A stretch of DNA of 32,000 nucleotides from an uncultured bacterium. Lineage in GTDB: Bacteria > Margulisbacteria > WOR-1 > CAVSGV01. The stretch spans positions 1,200,001 through 1,232,000 of the forward strand of contig OY969425.1 in the NCBI GenBank assembly GCA_963699255.1, in the 5' to 3' direction. A program made the translations under genes and the position numbers. The notes beneath the pieces are model-generated. The model did no database searches. It saw nothing but the letters and a program-made list of their open reading frames with translations, and was not told the origin of the DNA. This document shows positions 27,052 through 32,000 of the stretch, piece by piece (the stretch's first letter is position 1; the number at the start of each line of letters is the position of its first letter).

Positions 27052-27387
27052 ATGCACGAGCTCGGATTAGCAGAAGACATATTAAGAAAAATAAAGGAAG
27101 AAGCAAGGATCAGAGGGCTTTCGAAGGTTTCTTATGCTAAAATAAGGATCGGGGAAACGCTGGTGACCGACCAGCCGGAGCTTGTTGAGTTGTTCTCAAT
27201 GATCTCAGCAGGGACCCCGGCGGAAGGAACCAAACTTGATATAGTTATCTCCCCGCTGAAATCCGTTTGCGGAAACTGCAAAAAGGAGTTCAACCCGAAG
27301 GTCATCAGATTTGACTGCCCCGGCTGCGGATCAAACAGCATAAACATTGCTTCGGGCAAAGAGCTTGTAATAGAGGAAATAAAATAA
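27052..27387 (+). CDS. hypA: Hydrogenase nickel-incorporation protein HypA
   Basis: MHELGLAEDIL start (Ni-binding His2) and zinc-binding CGNCKKEF...CPGCGS. Confidence 0.93.
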   Translation: MHELGLAEDILRKIKEEARIRGLSKVSYAKIRIGETLVTDQPELVELFSMISAGTPAEGTKLDIVISPLKSVCGNCKKEFNPKVIRFDCPGCGSNSINIASGKELVIEEIK

Positions 27388-28886
27388 TGAATCCATTAGC
27401 TCAACTTGAAACCTCGGACTGGATAAAAGAACGGGTAAAACCGCAGGAAAATTCCCGCTACATGGATCACGGGATGGATTTCATAAGCGAATATGAGATA
27501 TCCCGCCATCTTGAAGGCAACCGTAACCCGTCCAGGCAGCAGATAAGGGATATCATACAGAAAGCTTTAACTATCGAGCGGCTGGAGCCGCAAGAGACCG
27601 CTGCTTTGCTGAATGTGACCGATCCTGATCTGTGGCAGGAAATATTCAATGCAGCGGGAAAGATAAAAAAAGCCGTATATGACAACAGGATAGTCACGTT
27701 CGCGCCTCTTTACTGCGGAAGCTACTGCGTCAACAACTGCCTCTACTGCGCTTTCCGCAAAAGCAACCATGAAGAGCTCAGGCGCGTCCTAAGTATGGAT
27801 GAGATAAAGCGCGAAACAGAGGTTCTGGCGGGAGAGATAGGCCATAAGCGCCTTATTGCGGTGTTCGGCGAACATCCCGCGACGGACGCTGGATATATGG
27901 TGGCGGTCCTGCGGTCAATTTACAGCGTAAAGGTCCCCACAAAGACAGGATATTCAAATATAAGACGAGTGAACATCAACGGCGCCCCGCTTTCCATTGA
28001 AGAATTCAGGATGATAAAAGTTGCGGGCATCGGGACATATCAGATATTCCAGGAAACATACCATCACGTGACTTACGCGAAGGTGCATCCGATAGAAACA
28101 GTGAAAGCGGATTACGCATGGCGCCTGTACGCTCTCCACAGGGCTCAGGAAGCCGGAATTGATGATGTAGCCATAGGGGTCTTGTTCGGGCTTTATGACT
28201 GGAAGTTCGAGGTTATGGGACTGCTTTATCATGCCATTGATCTTGAAAAACACTTCGGCGTCGGGCCGCATACGATATCTTTCCCAAGGCTTGAGCCTGC
28301 GGCCAACACGCCCTTGGCCGAGAATTCGAAATATAAAGTATCCGATGAAGATTTCAAGAAGCTGGTCGCGGTTCTTAGGCTGTCTATCCCCTACGCTGGC
28401 ATGATATTGACGGCAAGGGAAAGCGCGGAGATCAGGCGGCAGGTGATACCGCTGGGCATCACGCAGATCGACGCTTCAACAAAGATAGGCATAGGCGCAT
28501 ATTCTGACCGGTATAGCGAACAGGAGCTTAAGAACCAGCAGTTCCTTATCGGTGATCCCAGGTCGCTTGATGAGGTCATACGCGAACTTGCCGATACCGG
28601 CTATATCACAAGCTTCTGTACCGCCGGATACAGATGTTCAAGGACCGGGAAGTGCATAATGGACCTTCTCAAGTCCGGCAAGGAGAGATGGTTCTGCAAA
28701 GTGAACGCCGTCCTGACTTACAAGGAATGGCTCAATGATTTCGCGTCTCCCGAGACGAAAGCCAAGGGTGAGGCGATCATAAAAAAAGAAATTGAAGAGA
28801 TAAAAACACAAGTCCCCACTATTTATCCGCAGTTCGCTGCTATGTATGACAGGATCCAGAAGGGCGAGAGAGATCTTTACTTCTAG
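27387..28886 (+). CDS. HydG-like radical SAM tyrosine lyase homolog with altered C-terminal cluster motif
   Basis: CX3CX2C in GSYCVNNCLYCAFRKSN; GTYQIFQETYHHVTY; AGIDDVAIGVLFGLYDWKFE; FGVGPHTISFPRLEPA; C-terminal CTAGYRCSRTGKCIMDLLKSGKERWFC (28617-28697). Confidence 0.9.
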   Translation: MNPLAQLETSDWIKERVKPQENSRYMDHGMDFISEYEISRHLEGNRNPSRQQIRDIIQKALTIERLEPQETAALLNVTDPDLWQEIFNAAGKIKKAVYDNRIVTFAPLYCGSYCVNNCLYCAFRKSNHEELRRVLSMDEIKRETEVLAGEIGHKRLIAVFGEHPATDAGYMVAVLRSIYSVKVPTKTGYSNIRRVNINGAPLSIEEFRMIKVAGIGTYQIFQETYHHVTYAKVHPIETVKADYAWRLYALHRAQEAGIDDVAIGVLFGLYDWKFEVMGLLYHAIDLEKHFGVGPHTISFPRLEPAANTPLAENSKYKVSDEDFKKLVAVLRLSIPYAGMILTARESAEIRRQVIPLGITQIDASTKIGIGAYSDRYSEQELKNQQFLIGDPRSLDEVIRELADTGYITSFCTAGYRCSRTGKCIMDLLKSGKERWFCKVNAVLTYKEWLNDFASPETKAKGEAIIKKEIEEIKTQVPTIYPQFAAMYDRIQKGERDLYF

Positions 28887-28933
28887 AACGCAAGATTTTC
28901 CCCGCTAAACCCGATAAATATACAGGGGGATTT

Positions 28934-29869
28934 ATGGGGGGAATTGAAGGTAATTACAACTATCCATCAGGCCGCATAACAGAAAATCAGCGCCCTGCTA
29001 CCAAGCAAGGCCAGCCAAATCAAGTGTCCGCAAAAGAATTCATCGATTATTCACCAGCCAAACGAATGGACATTATCGACCACCTTAATCAGGAAGAAAA
29101 ATACGATCTGTTCAATGATATCAAAAAAGAGTATGCCCTATTTAATAATGGCAAGGATAAAGGTAAATGCTTTGAGCCTCTTATGGAGGTAAGCGCCGGA
29201 ATTATCAGTAAAATGATGCCATGTAAAGATTACAAAGATCTTGTAATAAATGTGCTCAGATTTATGCATAATAACATTCAAGATGTTGAGAAATTCAATG
29301 AAAACACGCGGGATTCTAATACATTCGCTGCTCCCCGCGACGCATGTAATTGGATAGGAGATCAAGTCCTGGCTGAAGGGAATTTTAATGGATGTGTGGA
29401 GGCAGCAGTGTTATTTGAACGCCTTTTCAGTGAAAGTGCTTCGAAAATGGGATTCAGTTCGGTAGAATACCATTATATAAGCTCCTTCCAAATTGAAAGC
29501 GCGTTTAAAAGCCCTATTTATCTTGCCGGGCATGCTACTGTCCTGCTTAAACAAGGGGAAGAAAGCTTTCTCGTTAACGCCTCGGCGCTTGAGGATCAGG
29601 CTTTCGATCCGGGAAAAGCAGTAAAATTCGATGAGCTGGAAGGAAGATCGATAATCTTTCGTCCCGACAGTAACGGGATATATAAATGGAAAATGCGCGA
29701 TGAAAACGGCAATGAAATAACGTACCACTTTAAATTATTCGGACAGGATGTTCATTTTCAGTCTCAGAGGAATCCCGCCGATCCTTATGATCCTTCAACA
29801 TCTGACGGGGCAACAGGAAACGCCGTAAGAAGTTTTCTTATCTCTCTCGGTTATCCTATCTTTCCCTAG
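28934..29869 (+). CDS. Protein of unknown function; possible transglutaminase-like cysteine protease fold
   Basis: 311 aa; ordered candidate triad context FNGCVEAAVLFERLF ... GHATVLLKQGEESFLVNASAL. No confident family. Confidence 0.4.
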   Translation: MGGIEGNYNYPSGRITENQRPATKQGQPNQVSAKEFIDYSPAKRMDIIDHLNQEEKYDLFNDIKKEYALFNNGKDKGKCFEPLMEVSAGIISKMMPCKDYKDLVINVLRFMHNNIQDVEKFNENTRDSNTFAAPRDACNWIGDQVLAEGNFNGCVEAAVLFERLFSESASKMGFSSVEYHYISSFQIESAFKSPIYLAGHATVLLKQGEESFLVNASALEDQAFDPGKAVKFDELEGRSIIFRPDSNGIYKWKMRDENGNEITYHFKLFGQDVHFQSQRNPADPYDPSTSDGATGNAVRSFLISLGYPIFP

Positions 29870-29944
29870 GATCAACTCCTTTTCAATTAAAACACACATT
29901 GTAACGGTATATTCATGATCCAAAATGGTATAATTTAATCACTT

Positions 29945-31018
29945 ATGCCAATAATAATCATCGGCGGAGGGATAATAGGCGGCGCGATAGCGTATTACGC
30001 GTCGAAAACCGGCGTCAAAGACATAGTACTGTTTGAAAAGGAAAAGCTGCTGGGCACAGGCGCTACTCAATATTGCTCCGGCGGAGTAAGATATCAGTTC
30101 TCGACCCCCATCAATGTCAAGTTCTCCATAGCCGCGTTCCCGGAGCTTGAGAAGTTCGACATCGGGATGCACAGATACGGATACCTCATCCTGGACATGA
30201 AAGACGATTCGATGTCGAGGGTAAAAATGCAGAACGACCTGGGGGTAAAGAGCGAATATCTGACCCCGGCGCAGCTTAAAGAACGATTCCCGTATATCAA
30301 TATTGAAGGAGTTAAGAGCGCTTCTTTCCACAAGCTTGACGGGATTGCCGAACCGGCGAAACTCATGGAGATCTATGAAAAAGGCGCGAAGGCTAACGGG
30401 GTAAAGGTCAGATATGGGGTTAAGGTTAAGAGATTGGTCAAGGATGGGGATAGAGTTATTGGTCTGGAAACAAATGAAGGGATTATCAAGGCTGGTAAGG
30501 TCATCCTAGCCGCCGGACCTCAATCCCCCGAACTCGCAAAGACCATCGGGTTGGACATCAAGATCGTTCCGAGAAGAAAATACATACTGGCCGTCACGGG
30601 ATTCGACTTTGATTTTCCCGTCGTCATGGAAGTTCCTACGGGCTGGTACATAAAGAAGGAAGGCGCGGACGCCCTAGTTGGAATGTCCGGCAAGGAAGAG
30701 AAGGCGGACTTCGAGAAAAAAGAAGAAAGCGTTACCGAAACCCTTGAGGCATCGCTGAAGAGATTCCCGCTGACCGAGAGCTCGAGCATAAAGAAAGTGA
30801 ACAGCACCATGAGCGATGAGACCCCGGATAAGCACGCGGTGATCGATGACCACACGCCGGGGCTTATAATCGCAACGGGATTCTCCGGGCACGGTTTCAT
30901 GCACTCGCCTGCTGTCGGCAGGATCGTGACAAACCTGATAAAGAATGAAAAGCCGGAACTGGATGTTTCTGAGCTTAAACTTCATCGAAGCCACATCAAA
31001 GAACCGATAGCGATCTGA
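29945..31018 (+). CDS. FAD-dependent oxidoreductase (DAO family, sarcosine-oxidase-beta/SoxB-like)
   Basis: IIIIGGGIIGGAIAYYASKTG dinucleotide-binding motif, GATQYCSGGVRYQF, VILAAGPQSPELA, GLIIATGFSGHGFMHSPAVGRIVTNLI. Confidence 0.87.
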   Translation: MPIIIIGGGIIGGAIAYYASKTGVKDIVLFEKEKLLGTGATQYCSGGVRYQFSTPINVKFSIAAFPELEKFDIGMHRYGYLILDMKDDSMSRVKMQNDLGVKSEYLTPAQLKERFPYINIEGVKSASFHKLDGIAEPAKLMEIYEKGAKANGVKVRYGVKVKRLVKDGDRVIGLETNEGIIKAGKVILAAGPQSPELAKTIGLDIKIVPRRKYILAVTGFDFDFPVVMEVPTGWYIKKEGADALVGMSGKEEKADFEKKEESVTETLEASLKRFPLTESSSIKKVNSTMSDETPDKHAVIDDHTPGLIIATGFSGHGFMHSPAVGRIVTNLIKNEKPELDVSELKLHRSHIKEPIAI

Positions 31019-31106
31019 TCTAAAATCCCCCGCTCGCTTCACTCGCGCCAACTCCTCATCCCCGGTTTGAGAACTATCATTATCTACTAATTCTGGCTAC
31101 ATAACT

Positions 31107-31129
31107 CCCCTCTCCTTACAGGAGAGGGG
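31107..31129. repeat. REP-like intergenic palindrome CCCCTCTCCT-TAC-AGGAGAGGGG
   Basis: Perfect 10-bp stem with a 3-nt spacer, followed by GCAAGGGGTGA; no T-tract, so not a classical terminator. Confidence 0.65.
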
Positions 31130-31201
31130 CAAGGGGTGAAGTGCATTTCCAAGTTTACACAGTGCTCATATTAATGTAGAATTGGCACTTCGAGGCAGTA
31201 A

Positions 31202-31909
31202 ATGCTATCAATTATCGTTCCAACATATAATGAGAGCAGGAATATAGAGGCGCTTTTAACGCGTATTTTTACCGCGCTTAAGCCAAATTATACCCCTTAT
31301 GAAGTCATCGTTGTAGATGACAACTCCCCCGACGGAACAGCCCAGATAGCGGAAGCGCTTAAGTCCAAGTTCGACCTCAGGGTAGTGAAACGACCCCGCA
31401 AGATAGGGCTTGCCTCAGCGGTATTGAACGGCTTCAAGCTTGCGACAGGCGATATCCTGTGCGTGATGGACGCTGACCTGAGCCATCCTCCTGAAGCGAT
31501 ACCGGAAATGTACAAGGCGATCAGCAGCGGCGATTTCGAAGTGGTCATAGGCAGCAGGTGCGTTGAAGGAGGCGGGGCCACGAACTGGCCTTGGTACAGG
31601 CGGTTCGGTTCAACCTTTGCGCAGCTGCTCGCAAAGCCCATAACACATGTCAATGACAACACATCAGGATTTTTTATCATCAAAAGAAGCGTCCTTGAAG
31701 GCGCGGACATAAATCCGATAGGGTTCAAGATCCTCCTTGAGATCATCGCTAAGGGGAACTATTCAAAGATCAAAGAAATCCCCATAGTGTTCAATGATCG
31801 CGGCGGCGGCAAGAGCAAACTGGGCATGAAGCAGACAATGGAGTACCTGAAGCAGCTCGGCCTAATTTATTACGGGATATTTTCAGGCAAAATAAAAAGG
31901 AGGAAATAA
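31202..31909 (+). CDS. GT2 glycosyltransferase, dolichol/polyprenol-phosphate mannosyltransferase-like
   Basis: LSIIVPTYNESRNIEALL, VIVVDDNSPDGT, CVMDADLSHPPEAIPEM, RCVEGGGATNWPWYRR. Confidence 0.9.
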   Translation: MLSIIVPTYNESRNIEALLTRIFTALKPNYTPYEVIVVDDNSPDGTAQIAEALKSKFDLRVVKRPRKIGLASAVLNGFKLATGDILCVMDADLSHPPEAIPEMYKAISSGDFEVVIGSRCVEGGGATNWPWYRRFGSTFAQLLAKPITHVNDNTSGFFIIKRSVLEGADINPIGFKILLEIIAKGNYSKIKEIPIVFNDRGGGKSKLGMKQTMEYLKQLGLIYYGIFSGKIKRRK

Positions 31910-31910
31910 T

Positions 31911-32000
31911 TTGGTTAATGTTCTTTTGCTGTTCGTTTCCATATCTCTTGCGGTCGCGGGCCAGCTGCTCATGAAACAGGGAATGATGATGTTCGGGAAG
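31911..32000 (+). CDS. Start of a small membrane transporter-like protein (EamA/SMR-like), truncated by the window edge
   Basis: Open frame to the window end reading (L)VNVLLLFVSISLAVAGQLLMKQGMMMFGK. Confidence 0.45.
   Translation, partial: MVNVLLLFVSISLAVAGQLLMKQGMMMFGK

Noticed and set aside
1-32000. CRISPR arrays, rRNA genes, full tRNAs, integrase or transposase genes
   Set aside because: No regularly spaced direct repeats, no rRNA/tRNA signatures, and no ORF resembling a recombinase were seen.

Overview
The window reads as a bacterial chromosomal segment. Lineage is not decidable from sequence alone; an uncultivated anaerobe is plausible. Left side: the tail of a probable glycoside hydrolase, a GH94-type disaccharide phosphorylase, an AT-rich patch with a frame-broken unknown gene, two paralogous 7TM-type sensor histidine kinases flanking an NAD-dependent thioester-reductase-like gene, a repeat-rich intergenic region, and three minus-strand genes (response regulator, bactofilin-like membrane protein, small membrane protein). 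Main feature: a ~17 kb unit (11930-28886), nearly all + strand genes abutting or overlapping by 1-4 nt. It encodes a membrane-bound group 4 [NiFe] hydrogenase-like core (NuoH/B/C/D-like plus NuoI-like), a full Mrp-type antiporter module, a diaphorase pair related to sulfhydrogenase beta/gamma or AsrA/AsrB, a truncated molybdopterin-oxidoreductase/NuoG-like subunit, a polyferredoxin, a TPR protein and HypA. This [NiFe] operon is bracketed by homologs of [FeFe]-hydrogenase maturases. Upstream is a HypC domain fused to the N-terminus of a HydE-like radical SAM protein. Downstream is a HydG homolog whose C-terminal auxiliary-cluster motif is altered (CX2C changed to CX2G, with two new cysteines). 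No HydF, no [FeFe] HydA, and no HypB/D/E/F or processing protease is seen in the window. The HypC-HydE fusion plus variant HydG inside a group 4 [NiFe]-Mrp operon is the best candidate for an undescribed system. One hypothesis is a radical-SAM route that makes or delivers the Fe ligand/cofactor to a [NiFe] enzyme. Right side: an unknown protein with transglutaminase-like motifs, an FAD-dependent oxidoreductase, a REP-like hairpin, a GT2 glycosyltransferase and the start of a small membrane transporter gene.
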